A DNA stretch of 38,812 nt from Chiloscyllium plagiosum (taxonomy: Eukaryota). Positions within the stretch are counted from its first letter, which is position 1; each line of letters begins with the position of its first letter. The notes beneath the pieces are model-generated. The model did no database searches. It was not told where the DNA came from and worked only from the letters and a program-made list of their open reading frames with translations. Positions 1 through 12,868 of this stretch are shown piece by piece. Where the stretch lies: contig NW_025214906.1 in the NCBI RefSeq assembly GCF_004010195.1, positions 1 through 38,812 of the forward strand, in the 5' to 3' direction. The position numbers and the translations under genes are program-made.

Positions 1-2032
1 TCACATTCACTTCCTTCTGGGTCTCTGTGGCTTTGTGAGGATTAAGCCTGCATGAGTGTTGTTTGTCAGAACAGCATTCCCTACTTCCAACCCATACATA
101 AAAGTGTAAGTCCTACCATCATGGTTCTGCAAATGTCCTCATACTGCTGCAAAGAACGAATAACTGGGTTCATTGCTCCTGCAACAGACAGCTCGCTATC
201 CTATCCCACTCCTCAGGGACCTCCTTATTATTTAAAGTATTTTGAGGCACATCAAACTCCATGACATCTGTGTTTGGTTCCTCACTCTGCGGGGCAGTAA
301 CTAACACCTGTTTCCCCAGTTCTCTATCTCCGTTTTAGTAAGATTACAACATATTCAAATGACATACCTGCTTTTTTTTATGTCCAGCATCTTTACCAGA
401 TAGTTTACCTGACTCTACTTTTTCTCAATTTGGAAGAGGGCCAGTAAACCTTTGAAGGGAGTTCCTACCACTGGTGACATCCCCATGGAAGAAATACCTA
501 TCAAATTTCATACTTTTTACCGGCCACATGGTTCATTGTCTGCTGTGCCCTCTTCACGTGCTGTTTAGCTAACTCACATATTCCATTTAATCTCTCCCTC
601 ACCTCAGATACATAATCCAAGTGTGTGATCTCCGACTTCAGTCTTGTTAATTTCTCTTTAATTAATTCGAAAATACCTCTCACTTCATGTCCGAATATTA
701 ACTCAAAGGGAGTAAACTAACTAGATTCGTTCGGACATCTTTAATGGCAAACATTTTAATGGGAACCTTCATCCCAAACATTTGTTCAATCCTGACAGTA
801 CGTTGTTAATATGATCTTCAGTGTCTGATGCTAACTTTCCAAGGCTCCCTGGGATTCAGGATGGGACGCACTTGATTTGAAGTGCTGTATGACTAAGCTA
901 TCCATGATTTGCTTCAACAGCCGAGCGGTAATATGACTCCATTGGACTGACAGAAACTCTCTGGGTAGCCCGTACAGAGTAAATAATGCTACCAACGCCT
1001 CCACCATCCTTTTTGCCTTAACGCTCCGTAATGGAATTGCCTCTGGTAATCTGACTGATACATCCATTACGGTCAGCAAATATTTGTTTTCACTTTTAGT
1101 TTAGATAGAAGGTCTACGCAACTAATCATAACCCACGTGAAAGGTCCGTCGAATGCAAGAATTAGCAACAAATGTTCTGGTTTTAGTCCTGCCTGTGGCT
1201 TACCTACAATTCGGCATGTATGACACACATAGCAAAAAAACCCACATCCTTGTGCATTCCAGGCCAGTAGAAATAATTTTGTGCCTTAGCCTTAGTCTTC
1301 AAGGTGACTTCCTGCAGGTATACCGAGATGACCTCCTGCAGGTAGTTCATGTGATACCCATAACACTTCCTGTCTGTATGCTACCGCCAACATAATCTGG
1401 TTAACTTTGGCCCATTTTCCCTCTGCACTAATATGCTATGGTCTCTATTTTCATTTAGGATTCTATCTTTAAGTTGCTAACGCACGACAATATATTCTGA
1501 TTCCTTTTCTGAGCATGCATCAATTTATGTAAATTTCTGTTGTAAGGCTATTAGCCTTTCAGGACTAAACACCTCTACCTGACCCACTGCCTGTTCAGGT
1601 TTGTCCTGCACCGTTACATGAAACAGCGGCCAGCAAATTAAACTTCCGCTCCTTTGTCTTTCTCTTTACGTTTTGCTTCTTGCTGTAGCTTATGACGGTG
1701 AGACCTAGATATTACACAGTCTGGAAAATTTCCTGGGTATTTGTCCTTTAACTCCTCAATTTCCTGGTCTTCCTTTGAGTTCTCTACCACAAAAGATGTC
1801 ACTCCTCTCTTGGATCCTGCTAAATTGTTCTCAAGAATAAAATGATATTTCTGAAACTGACGGTCTGTCACTCACTCCCACTGTTACGTCCCCAATCTTG
1901 ATTTGGAATTCCAATCTGATCTTACACAGGGGAGCACTACATTTATGTCCCCATTCCACAAATGATCACTCTCTCAGGTAACATGTCAGAAAGAGTGCAA
2001 ATACTTTCATCACTTACTTTTAGAGGCTGAGA

Positions 2033-2668
2033 GAATGTGAGGATTACAGATGCTGGACATCACAGTTGACAGTTGTGGCGCTGGAAAAGCACAGCAGGTC
2101 AGGCAGCAGCCGAGGAGCAGGAGAATACACGTTTCAGGCATAACACCTTCATAAGGAAACGGGGGCTAGGGTAAAGCGTTCTGAGAGATACATAGGTGGG
2201 TGGGAGTTGAGCTGGGCGGAAGGTAGCTTGGAAGGCGATAGGTAGATGCAGGTTGGGAGGTGATTGTGAGAGGTCAGAGGACAGGGTGAAGCAGATAGGC
2301 GGGACCCTCCAACCACACGGCATCAACATCAACTTCACCAGTTTCCAATTCTCCCCTCTCCCAACCTCATCCCAGATTCCACCCTTCAACTCAGCATCGC
2401 CGTCTTCAACTCTCCTGACTGTTCACCTTCCTTCCCACATGTCGACTCCACCCTCTTCTCCGGCTTATCAGAATCACTCACACCTTCATTTTCTTATCGC
2501 CTTCGCAGTGACCTTCACCCCAGCCCCACCCCTACCCTCCTAGTTATCTTTTATCCCCCCTTCTCCCCACAACATGCCACTTTCCAGATGAAAGGCTTGT
2601 GCCTGGTATGTCGATGTTCAGATGCTGCCTGTCCTGTTGTGCTTTAGCAGCGCAACACTTTTCGAATA
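2033..2668. mobile_element. Penelope-like element 3' fragment with inverted arrangement, inserted in the Gypsy protease region
   Basis: Minus copy ~2033-2298 and plus copy ~2299-2668. The plus copy encodes the GIY-YIG C-terminal 'GTLQPHGININFTSF', then a C-rich tail and pLTR. Flanked by a 13-bp TSD with one mismatch: ttagaggctgaga (2020-2032) / ttagagactgaga (2669-2681). Confidence 0.8.
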
Positions 2669-3371
2669 TTAGAGACTGAGAAGATCCCATATCTCGCAAA
2701 ATTATACCTTGTTGTCCTTCTCTCTCTGTTCTTTCTGAGTAAACGTTACCCACAGAGGTGAATTCTTCATTGAAATCAGGTACTAACTCCATACCCAGCC
2801 CCTGCCTTGCCTGGGCACTTTCCTGCAGCTCCTCAACTTTACTTGGGGTTTCCTTTACTACTTCCACTAATACCACTGGCTTAGCCTCTTTTACCACATC
2901 CTTTCCCACAGTGCCTTTCTTCCACGACTAGCATTGTGACTATGTGTGTCCCACTTACGGCAGTGAAGATATCTTTTCTCAGTGCGATTCTTAAACCACC
3001 TGCACTGTAATTCGAGATATTCCACTCCGGTATTGTGAAATCACCTGAGGTCTTTCATCACCTTTCAACCCTCTTTGGCTTCAATATTAACCTAACTAAA
3101 CCATGCTCAATGTGCTCTCAATCTTTGTTTTATAGAGTAGGATCTCCCGTTCTACCAATTTCTATCCCTCACAGGCGGAAGATCCTACCGGAAGCTAAGT
3201 TGCAGCTCATCCACCAATGCAAATTGACCTGCCATCTCTGCCACTCTTCTACTTCTTGAACTTCCTGTTCATTCGCATGAACTCTGATCATCTCTGGAAG
3301 TGAGTGTTTAAATTCCTCCAGCAAAATGATCTGTCTCAGAGCCTTACATGTCTTGTCTATGAAAACTACTA

Positions 3372-3683
3372 GGGCGGCATTGTGGCACAGTGGCACAGTG
3401 GTTAGCACTGCTCTTTCACAGCCCCAGAGACCCGGGTTCAACTCCCACCTCAGGTGACTGACTGTGTGGAGTTTGAACATTCTCCCCGTGTCTGCGTGGG
3501 TTTCTTCCGGGTGCTCCGGTTTCTTCCCACAGTCGAAAGATGTGCAGGCCAGGTGAATTGGCCATGCTAAATTGTCCGTAGTGTTAGGGGAGGGGCATGG
3601 GTGGGTTGCACTTCGGCGGGTCGGTGTGGGCTTGTTGGGCCGAAGGGCCTGTTTCCACATCGTAAAGTAATCTAATAATAAAA
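3372..3683 (+). mobile_element. tRNA-derived V-SINE (HE1-like shark SINE)
   Basis: tRNA head with A box (tggcacagtgg) and B box (ggttcaactcc). V-domain core 'tgtgtggagtttgaacattctccccgtgtctgcgtgggttt...'. CR1-type tail 'gggccgaagggcctgtttcc' and A-rich end. Confidence 0.9.
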
Positions 3684-4064
3684 TCCTTTTTTTTCTAATT
3701 CTACTGCAGTCACTGTCAGTTTCTCCGGTACACCAAGGTGCTTGACTAACTCCATCGCAATTTAAGCTTTCTTTTTGTCCCTGGTTAAACCCAGTTCTAA
3801 CTTATTTGCTAATTCTAAATGTACATCTTTCCTCTGTCTTTCTAAACTTTCTTGGCAAATTGGGAATCATTTTCAAACCCCAAAACCTCTTTACCATTTC
3901 TCTCACTTTTCATTTAATCATCCACAAGTAACCAAAACTAAACATATTTTAAGTTTTATTTAATGATCTCTGACAATAATTGCCAAATGTTGGAATCTGC
4001 TGAGACTTTTTGTACGCCTAATCTGTTCTCATATGTCCCAATCCTGAATGACAAGCCCCTAAAC

Positions 4065-4685
4065 TGTTATGACATTGACGTCGAACTCCTCTGTTAATAA
4101 AAACCAAACATCAGAAAAACTCACCTCGCCTAGTAATCTATTAAAACATGAGTGACATAGAACTCCCAAATTCCACCATTCAAAGAAAAATAACAATATA
4201 TTTTATGAACACGAATAGTGAACACTAAACAACAACTATTCACAAGTACAAGACCCCCTTTTCCTAACTGCTTACGATCTGACTACAACTCCAAAAGTAT
4301 GCTGTTCCATTAACCCACTTATTGAACGTTACATTAACTTAATCTCAACATCGCACAGTCTCTGTCTTCCCCGCTGTCTTCAGTCTTCCAGCTGCTGATC
4401 TCCGTGGGTCATCTTCTTTCTGTTTTTTTTTACTGTAAATAAAGTATATTGGATAGAATATTTTTTCTGATTTCAGACCAAGATGTTAGCTGTCCAGTTA
4501 GCTTTCCCATTAATTTTCAAAATACCAGATTTATATACTCCCCATGACACATTTAATTCTCAATGTTTGGTTGGTTTCCAGGTGTTAAAACAATAAAGTT
4601 TAGCTTCCAGTGGTTTGTGGTATATTGGGCATGATTCAAATTAATTGGTTACATTCGAAAGAAATTTTTGGCATCGCAAGTAACA
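4065..4685 (-). repeat. 5' LTR of the Gypsy element, followed by a degenerate tRNA-Pro-like PBS (~4041-4061)
   Basis: TGTTA...TAACA terminal inverted repeats at 4065 and 4685. On the minus strand it is followed by 'TTTAGGGGCTTGTCATTCAGGAT', resembling the Pro PBS TGGGGGCTCGTCCGGGAT. Confidence 0.7.
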
Positions 4686-5709
4686 GTGCCTGCACTCTCT
4701 CATTCTGGATGCGATAAATTAGGAGGCATTCTTCTTTATGGCCAGGTATGTTAGATATCTACCCGGTTTATCACCATTCTCAAATAATCTCTGTTTCGGA
4801 ATGGAGATTTCCATCTTTGCTGTCTGGGTGAGCCCAGCATTCAAACTAGCCCTGAGGCCTGTAATCCGCTGCAACTTGATAACAGACGGTCTGGCAAGGT
4901 ATGCTGTTTCAGCGGCATTCAGGCAAGCCTCGAGCATACGCAGCTGCTCTGCCTTCTGCCACTTCTGGGTCGCAAAGTAAGAAATAATCAAATTCCTCGC
5001 ATAGGCCTTGGCAGTCTCCGAGACCATCGAAGGATTACGGGACGTACCCGAATTAATGTCCGCAAAAAATTTAAATTCCCCCGAAAAATATTCAATAAAC
5101 TTGCTATCCTTCAGGAAGAAATGAGCCATGTGGCAGTTTCGTGATCCTGTCCCATCACCACCGATCTTTACCTCCATGTACACTGCTGCATGATCAGAAA
5201 TGACTATCTTCCCAATTCTGCAGGACAGCACAGAATTCAAAAAGGTCAACAGGGCAAAAAATGCCAATATTCCAAAAGCACTTACGTGGCTGAGAGAAAA
5301 AGGTGAAGTCCCTCTCCTCAGGGTGGGAACAACTCCACACACCCACCATTCCCAGCTCTCTGTTCAGGTACACCAATTGCCTGGATTGCGGAGACATACC
5401 CGCAAGACCCCGAGGAATCCTGTCCACTTCGGGGTTAATAAGTCAGTTAAAGTCTCCCCCTATTACATGCCCCCAGGGCCATCAACCTGGAAAGGGCATC
5501 TGTTAATATTTTGAGGAAATGTGCCGGGCGCAGGATACATTCTAATTCACATACATATCTCCATACATTAAAGCGTTAAGAATTATAAACCACCCATATT
5601 CGGCCTTAATTTGGTCTCACGGTTGAAATGGAGGATACCTCTTGATGAGTTAGTAACCCCTCTGCTTTTCGAATTAAAGGATAAGAAAAATCGCACGTCT
5701 GAACACTCA
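4686..5709 (-). mobile_element. L1-clade LINE ORF2 fragment (APE endonuclease and downstream region), interrupted by the Gypsy on the left and the CR1 on the right
   Basis: ORF 4719-5342 'IVISDHAAVYMEV...LKDSKF...ETAKAYARNLIISY...FENGDKPGRYL' and 'FNSKSRGV' near 5660 are typical of L1 ORF2. Confidence 0.8.
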
Positions 5710-8700
5710 GACCAAGCGGTGTGGAGAGAAGTTGGAATGAAGCGAGGGCTACCGGGAAGGTAAAGGCTTAATTTATATTTGGACAGTGTCTAAACCCGAG
5801 ATACTACACGTGTAGTATCACCCTCCGCCCCCATCCTCTAATCGGAAGGGGAAGACTCAGTAAGGTATGGCTTTTATTTTTTTTCTTTATCTTTCTTTTT
5901 CATATATTTAAGTGCATTGTTTGGGTTTAGTTAGTTCATAGAAAGCTAAGCTTACAATGGCAGGCGACCTCAGACCCGTGGCATGTGCCTCTTGCTTGAT
6001 ATGGGGGCTTAGGAACGTGTCTGACATTCCTGGCTTTTTCACTTGCAAGAAGCATGTCCAGATGCAGCTCTTGTTTGACCGCATGACGGCTCTGGAGCCG
6101 CGGATGTACTCACAGTGGAGCATGCGCGATATTGAGGAGGTAGTGGATAGCATGTTTAGTGAACTGGTCACACCGCAGGTTAGGATTGCTGAGGGAAACA
6201 GTGAATGGGTGAGCAAAAGACAGAAAAAGAGCAGGAAGGCAGTGCAGGTGTCCCCTGCGGTCATCTTACTCCAAAGCAGGTATACTGTTTTGAAAACTGT
6301 TGGGGGAGATGGCTCACCAGGGGAGGGCAGCAGTTGCCAGAATCATGGCACCGTGGTGGACACTGTTTTTTAGAAGGGCGGCAAAAAGACTCGTAGGGCC
6401 ATGTGATAGAGGATTCTATTGTAAGAGGAGTAGATAGGCGGTTCTGTGGCCGAAAATGGGACTTCTGGATGATATGTTGCCTCCCAAATTCACGGGTCAG
6501 TGATGTCACCGATTGGCTGCAAGGCATTCTAAAAGGGGAGGGTGAGCAACCAGTTATCTTGGTGCATATAGGCACCAACGATATAGGTAGGAAACGAGAT
6601 GACGTCCTGAAAGAAGAATTCAGGGAGCTAGGAGAGAAGTTAAAGCTTGGGATTACTGCCAGTGCCACGTGCTAGCCAGTGGAGAAATGAAAGAATAGAC
6701 AGGATGAACACATGGCTGGAGAGATAGGGTAGGAGGGAGAGGTTCAGATTTATTGGACAATAAGACCGGTTCTGGGGAAGGTCGGACTATTACAAAATGG
6801 ACGGTCTACACCTGAACCAAACCAGAACTAATGTCCATGGGAAACTTTTTGATTCTATTCTTGGGGAGTTTTTAAACTAATGTGGCAGGGAGCTGGAAAA
6901 CAGAAGAGAAAACAAGTAGGCAGTGAGGTCGAAGCTGGAGACTGTAAGAATTGTGAAGATAACATTAATAAAGGAAAGGGTAGGCAAAGAGCAGATGAGC
7001 ACAAAACTCTGGTGGCATGAAATGCATCTACTTTCATGCAAGGAGTATAGTGTGTAAGGCAGGTGAACTTAGGGCTTGGATTGGTGCCTGGGAGTATGAT
7101 GTTATTGCAATCACAGAGACTTAGTTGAAGGAAGGGCATGATGATTGACAATGGAATTTTCCAGGATATACACGCTTCAGACAGGACAGAGAGGGAAGCA
7201 AAAGGAGGGTGGGGCTGGAGTTGCATTGCTGGTCAAGGATGCTAAAGGATCACACTATGGAAGTCTTGTGTAATGATGCGTTATGGTGGAGCTGAGAAAT
7301 AAGAAGGGCGCAGTTACATTGTTGGGGCTGTGTTACAGGTCTCCCAACAGTGAGCATGAAGTAGAAGAACAAATGGGTAAACAGATTATGGAAAGTTGTA
7401 GAGGCAATAGGGTAGTGGCAATGTTAGATTTTAATTTTCACAACATTGACTGGTATACACTTAACGTCTGGATGGGGTAGAATTTGGAAGAAGCGTCCAG
7501 GGGCGTTTTCTACTGCAGTATGTCAATAGTCCGACGAGGGAAGGGGCCATATTCGACCAGGTACTGGGGAACGAGCCAGGACCAGGTGGTAGAAGTTGCG
7601 GTGGGGAAGTTCTTTGGGAACAGTGACCACAATTCTGTAAGTTTTAGAATATTCGTAGATAATGTAGAGAGTGGTCCTAAGGGAAGAGTACGAAACTGAG
7701 CCAAGGCCAATTATATCAAAATTAGGCAGGAACTCGGAAATGTGGATTGGGCACAGCTATTTGAAGGGAAGTCCACATTTGAGATGTGGGAGGCTTTCAA
7801 AGATAGGCTAAAGATTGTGCAGGATAGGCATGTCCCGTTGATGGCAAAGGATAGGAAGGGCAAGATTCATGAACCATGGATGACAGCAGAAATTGTACGA
7901 CAAGCCAAGAGGAAAAGAGAATCATACATAAGGTCTCGGCGGCTAAGAACAGAACGGGCCTTGGACTAATATCGGAAGATAGGACAAGTCTTAAACAAGG
8001 AATCAAGCGGGCCAAAAGGGGTCATGAAATAGCATTAGCGAGCAGAATTTAGAAGAATTCCAAAGCATCGTATTCTTATATAAGAAGTAAGCAGTTAACT
8101 AGAGAAAGGATTGGTCCACTAAAGGATAACTAAGAAGTGCTGTGTGTCGAACCTGAGAGAATGGATGATATTCTAAATGATTACTTTGCATCAGTGTTCA
8201 CTGAGGAGAGGGACACAATGAATGTTGAGATTAGAGATAGAAGTTTGATTAGTCTGGATCACGTTGACATAAATAGGGAAGATGTGTTGGGTAGGTTAGA
8301 GATTATTAAGGCGACAAATACGCAGGACCAGATGGGATCTATCCCAGGTGGCTGAGGGAGGCGAGAGAGGAAATAGCTGGCGCCCTGACAGATACCTTTG
8401 TGACATCCTTAAATATACGTGAGGTTCCAGAGGACTGGAAGGTTGCTAATGTTGTCCCCCTGTACANNNNNNNNNNNNNNNNNNNNNNNNNNNNNNNNNN
8501 NNNNNNNNNNNNNNNNNNNNNNNNNNNNNNNNNNNNNNNNNNNNNNNNNNNNNNNNNNNNNNNNNNNNNNNNNNNNNNNNNNNNNNNNNNNNNNNNNNNN
8601 NNNNNNNNNNNNNNNNNNNNNNNNNNNNNNNNNNNNNNNNNNNNNNNNNNNNGGTGACCAGTGGTGTTCCACAGGGTTCAGTGTTGGGGCCACTGTTGTT

Positions 8701-9659
8701 TGTAATATACATAGATGATCTGGAAGAGGGCACTGTTGGTATGATCAGCAAGTTTTCAGTTGACACCAAGTAGTGGAGTAGCAGAAAGCATAAGGGACTG
8801 TCACAGAATACAGGAGGATATTGATAGACTGGAGAGTTGGGCGGAAAAGGGGCAGATGATTTCAATCCAGACAAATGTGAGGTGATGCATTTAGGCAAGT
8901 CAAATTCTAAAGCGAATTATACAATGAATGGAAGAACCTTGGGAAAAGTTGATGGGTAGTGAAATTTGGGAGTGCAGGTCCATTGTACTCTGAAGGTTGC
9001 TGCATAGGTGGATAGAGTGGTCAAGAAGGCATACAGTATGCTTGTCTTCAGTGGACGGGGTATTGTGTATAACAGCTGACAAGACATTGGTTTGGCCGCA
9101 TTTAGAATACAATGTACAGTTCTGGTCTCCACATTTTCAAAAGGATGTGGACACTTTGGAGAGGGTGCAGAGAAGATTTGCGAGGATGTTGCCTTGTATG
9201 GAAGGTACTAGCTATGAAGAGAGGTTGAGTAGGTTCAGTTCATTTTCATTAGAAATAAGGAGATTGAGTGGGCACCTGATTGAGCTTTATAAAATAATGA
9301 CGGATATAGAAAGGGTGGATAGAGACAAGCTTTTTCCCAGGGTGAAGGATTCAATAACAAGAGGTCATACTTTCAAGGTGAGAGGTGGAAAGTTTAAGGG
9401 GGATACACGTGGCAAGTACTTCACACAGAGGGTGGTGGGCGTTTGGACCACGTTGCCGGCAGAGGTGGTAGAAGCAGGCATGGTAGATTCATTTAACATG
9501 CGTCTAGACAGATGCATGAGTAGGTGGGGAGCAGAGGGATACAGATGCGTAGGAATTGACTGACAGGTTTAGACAGTACATTTGGATCGGCTCAGGCTTA
9601 GAGGTCCGAAGGGCCTGTTCTTGAGCTGGAAATGTTCTTTGTTCTTTGTTCTTCTTTGT
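5710..9659 (+). mobile_element. Near full-length CR1 LINE (5'UTR, ORF1 Zn-finger + SGNH esterase, ORF2 EN-RT, (TTGTTCTT)n tail), decayed
   Basis: ORF1 'MAGDLRPVACASCLIW...' (5957) and 'IEDSIVRGVDRRFCG...VHIGTNDIG'. ORF2 motifs 'GNSDHNSV', '[13 protein letters not shown]', 'PHLEYNVQFWSPH...LERVQRRF'. Short tandem tail at ~9632-9658. Possible 5-bp TSD ACTCA (5705-5709 / 9660-9664). Confidence 0.9.
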
Positions 9660-11292
9660 ACTCACTGCTGTAAATTGAAGTGCTCCTTACTGGTTAGATG
9701 TGTTTCTTGCAGCAAGGCGACATCAACCCTCTTTTTCCTCAGGCTTGAAAGCATCTTTTTACTTTTACTTGCTGAATGAATCCCCTTAACATTCCAGGTG
9801 CACCATTTAACTGAACGGTTAGCCATACCCGTCTGAAATAGTACATCACCCCCTTTGGAGGATGAACCCCACTCATAGCGTGCGGACAGAAAACAGCAAA
9901 CAGTTTGCATAAATATAAAAATACAACTTCCAAACCCACCAGATCAAAATTTCTAACGTCTACGTCTACAACAGACCAACATCGAACACAATTGAAAGGA
10001 AACTTTGCCCTCTTGCCCACAGGGAGCGCTCATACTGCCCACTAACACCTTCATGGCTCCTTCCAGCTGAAGCTGTGCCCCAAAGCCAGAAAGCATCTTA
10101 TAACAACAAAATTAAAAGTGTGCACTCAACCTGTCCTATCCATGCTTTAATCCTCGGTACTCCTGGTTAAAGGGAGAAGAGATAGAAAAAAGAAGAAAAG
10201 TAGAACACCCACATATATATATATATAAAGGATTAACAGGTAAACCACAGAGAAAAAATAAAGTAAACATTATTGTCCATATTATTCCAGCCAGCCAGTC
10301 TATTATAAGGTTTCCAGGAAGACCTTTGCTTTTTATGGTGAGTCAAAATTAAACACGGATGCTCCATGGCTGAAATGTAGTATCTTACAGAGTACTAGAT
10401 ATTCAAGTCCCTCAGCTGCCTTTTTAACTCATCAAATGCCTTCCTTTTTGAATCACGGTTGTAGAAAAGTCTTGGAAAAGCATAATTCGCATCCTTTGTA
10501 TACCAGAGGTTATGGCTCCTTTCAGCACAGGTTATTTATTTCTGTAACTGCTGGTTTCACATTAGGACCGGGTGGGGGCGCTGGTTCATTTCGGGCCTGT
10601 GCACTGCGACCGGTCGGCCCACTCATCCGAACCCGGGCCGACTCCCAGCTTCAAAAACTGCGGAGCCATTGCTCCAACAAGCTGACCAGCTTGTATCCCT
10701 CTTCCTGTTCCTGCAGCCCAACCAGGCAGATGTTCTTCCGATAGCGTTGATTTTCGAGCTCATCGACCTGCTCTTCCAAAGACCGTACCTGCTGTTCCAG
10801 TGCCTGGACCTGCCACGCCAAGGATTCCACCGCGGTTTCAGAGGCTGCAGTCCGTTGCTCCACCTGTGTGCTGCCCGAGAGGCCGGATCTCCTGGTCACG
10901 CTACTGCAGCATGAATGAGATCGGTTCAAGCCTGTCCCTGGTCTCCTCCATCGCTGAATTGATCTCCTCTCAGAGTTTCACCAACTCCAAGACCAGGCTG
11001 TGCTCCACAGCTGAGTCGCCGGGAGCGCTCGCTGAGTTTGATGATGCGGCCGCAGATGTGTCCCTTGCTGCAGGAGAGTGTCTGGCTTGTTGCCATCCTC
11101 GCAGTCCCTTCCCTTCAGTCATTTTGCTAACAATTTTAAACTCAAACACAGCAATTCAGGTCATCAAAAACTAATGATTTCGACCGCAATGAATAATAAA
11201 GTGAGAGTGAGTGCCCCACTTTGTCTGGGTTCTGATGCACAGCTCAGCAGGGCAGACCTACGGAATTGCCACCATCTTGAATCCACCCCACC
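9660..11292 (-). mobile_element. 5' half of the same L1-clade LINE (5'UTR, coiled-coil ORF1, inter-ORF region, start of ORF2 endonuclease)
   Basis: ORF1-like 'QVQALEQQVRSLEEQVDELENQRYRKNICLVGL' and EN start 'TWNVKGIHS...VDVALLQETHL'. The ORF2 resumes across the CR1 insertion at ~5705. 5' end GGGGTGGATTCAAGATGGTGGC. Confidence 0.85.
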
Positions 11293-12120
11293 GTATGCCT
11301 TCTTAACAACTCTATCAACCTGGGTGGCAGCTTTCAAGGATCTATGCATATAGACACCGAAATCTCTCTGCTCATCCTCATACCATGAATCTCCCCATTT
11401 GCCCAGTACTCCTTATTCCTGTTCCTCCTTCTGAAGTGCATCACCTCACACTTTTACGCATTAAACTCCATTTTCAACCTCTCAGCCCAGCTGTACAGCC
11501 TATCTATGCCGCTGTGTAACCTATAGCATCTTTCAGCTCTATCCACAACTCCAACAGCCTTAGTGCCGTCTGCAAATTTACTAAACCATCCTCCTCCGCC
11601 TTCATCTAGGTCATATATAAACATGAAAAACAACAATGGCCCCAATTCAGATCCTTGCGGTTTACCACTAGTAATTGAACTCCAGGATGCTCATTCCCCA
11701 TCAATCTCTACCCTCTGTCTTCTATTAACGAGCCAATTTCTGATCCAAACCGTTAAATCGCCCCCAATCCCATGCCTCTGCATTTTGTGTAATAGCCCAC
11801 CGTGGGGAACCTTATCAAACACCTTACTGAAATCCATATACACCACATCAGCCACTTTACCCTCAATCAGTTGTTTGGTCACCTTCTCAAAAAACTCAAT
11901 ACGTTTTGTGTGGCACATCCTACAGTTCACAAAATCGTGTTGACTATCCCGAATCAACTTATTCCTCTCAAGATTTTTATAAGGACTTTCTCTTGTAACC
12001 TTGCCCAATACTGTACCCACAACCGAAGCAAAGCTATAATTTCCACGGTTGTATATACGCCCGTTCTTCAACAAGGGGTCAACATTTGCTCTCCTCCAGT
12101 CTTCTGGGACTACCGCTATT
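11293..12120 (-). mobile_element. Older CR1 RT fragment into which the L1 inserted
   Basis: 'DVVYMDFSKVFDKVPHGGLL', 'GPLLFFMFIYDLD...SKFADGTK'. Confidence 0.85.
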
Positions 12121-12310
12121 CCCTCACAATCGTTGGATCAATATCCTGAAATTCTCTCCTGAAATACTGCAATTGGTCAACCAACAGCGAATGGACTGCA
12201 GTGATTGAAGAAGACAGCTCACCACCACTTCCTCAAAGACAAAGTGGGATGAGATATCAATGCTGGCCAGCCAGCGATGACTAAGTCCCACAAATGTATT
12301 TTACAAAGCT
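12121..12310 (+). mobile_element. LINE/SINE 3'-tail fragment
   Basis: 'ggactgcagtgattgaagaagacagctcaccaccacttcctcaa...gctggccagccagcgatgac' resembles a common elasmobranch retroposon 3' end (from memory). Mirrored at ~34300-34485. Confidence 0.5.
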
Positions 12311-12657
12311 CTTGGATAAGGATGGTATGGAATCAGATGAAGGAAACGGAGTTTGTCACCGTAACAGAAGGCAGTGACGCCCATGCTCCCAATATTTAAA
12401 TAGCAAGAGCAGTGAGGTAATGGTTTACCGCTGAGTAGGTTAACATAGAGACCGATGAGTAACACTGCCAGAGGCAAGGAGGGAGACAGTAATTGAACAA
12501 GTTCAGTGATGCAGTTAGTTCTAGTCTGTGGAGTGAATATCTGGATTCAGGATCTCAACAGGAACAATAATTGTGGCAAGACATGTAGACTTTATGAAAG
12601 AACAGTAATGCACTCATAACTGGTTTATAGAAAAAATCGCTGGAGAGTGAGACTTAT

Positions 12658-12868
12658 CAGGGACACCAACGATAGACAGGAGAGGATAATAAAAGTATTT
12701 AATAATGCAAAGAGCATAATAGATCCGCCATGATAATGACAACCCATCATAATATGGAGAAAGAATATAAAAATCAGAGGATAAACTCCTGTCCATTGTT
12801 GGAACTTTCCAGTCTAATGTTCCCAGATTCTGATCTCTCCTCCCCTTCTCCCTGAGATGCTGATCCAT
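12658..12868 (-). pseudogene. First coding exon (type A, long N-terminus) of a shark GPR139-like class A GPCR, splice donor mutated
   Basis: MDQHLREKGRRDQNLGTLDWKVPTMDRSLSSDFYILSPYYDGLSLSWRIYYALCIIKYFYYPLLSIVGVP-G. It ends at the family's phase-1 intron position in TM1, but the donor reads ATAAGT instead of GTAAGT. Confidence 0.7.

Larger units (their letters stand above)
1..4685 (-). mobile_element. Decayed Gypsy/Ty3 LTR retrotransposon of Gmr1 type (5'LTR-PBS-gag-PR-IN-RT order), continuing off the left edge
   Basis: Minus-strand fragments: gag-like 'KALRQIILLEEFKHSLPEMIR' (~3290-3350); protease-like 'ILRDMGSSQSL' (~2670-2700); integrase core 'LTVMDVSVRLPEAIPLRSVKAK...FTLYGLPRE...SASHPESQGALE' (831-1079); then RT N-terminus 'HSCRLNPHKATETQKEV' (~5-57). 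Integrase lies upstream of RT. Many stops and frameshifts. Confidence 0.85.

Noticed and set aside
3372..3450. tRNA gene
   Set aside because: It is the tRNA-derived head of the SINE and continues into the V-domain and tail.
12650..12657. AT-AC (U12) intron donor for exon A
   Set aside because: The sequence ATAAGTCT lacks the U12 consensus ATATCCTT and is one change from the U2 donor GTAAGT.
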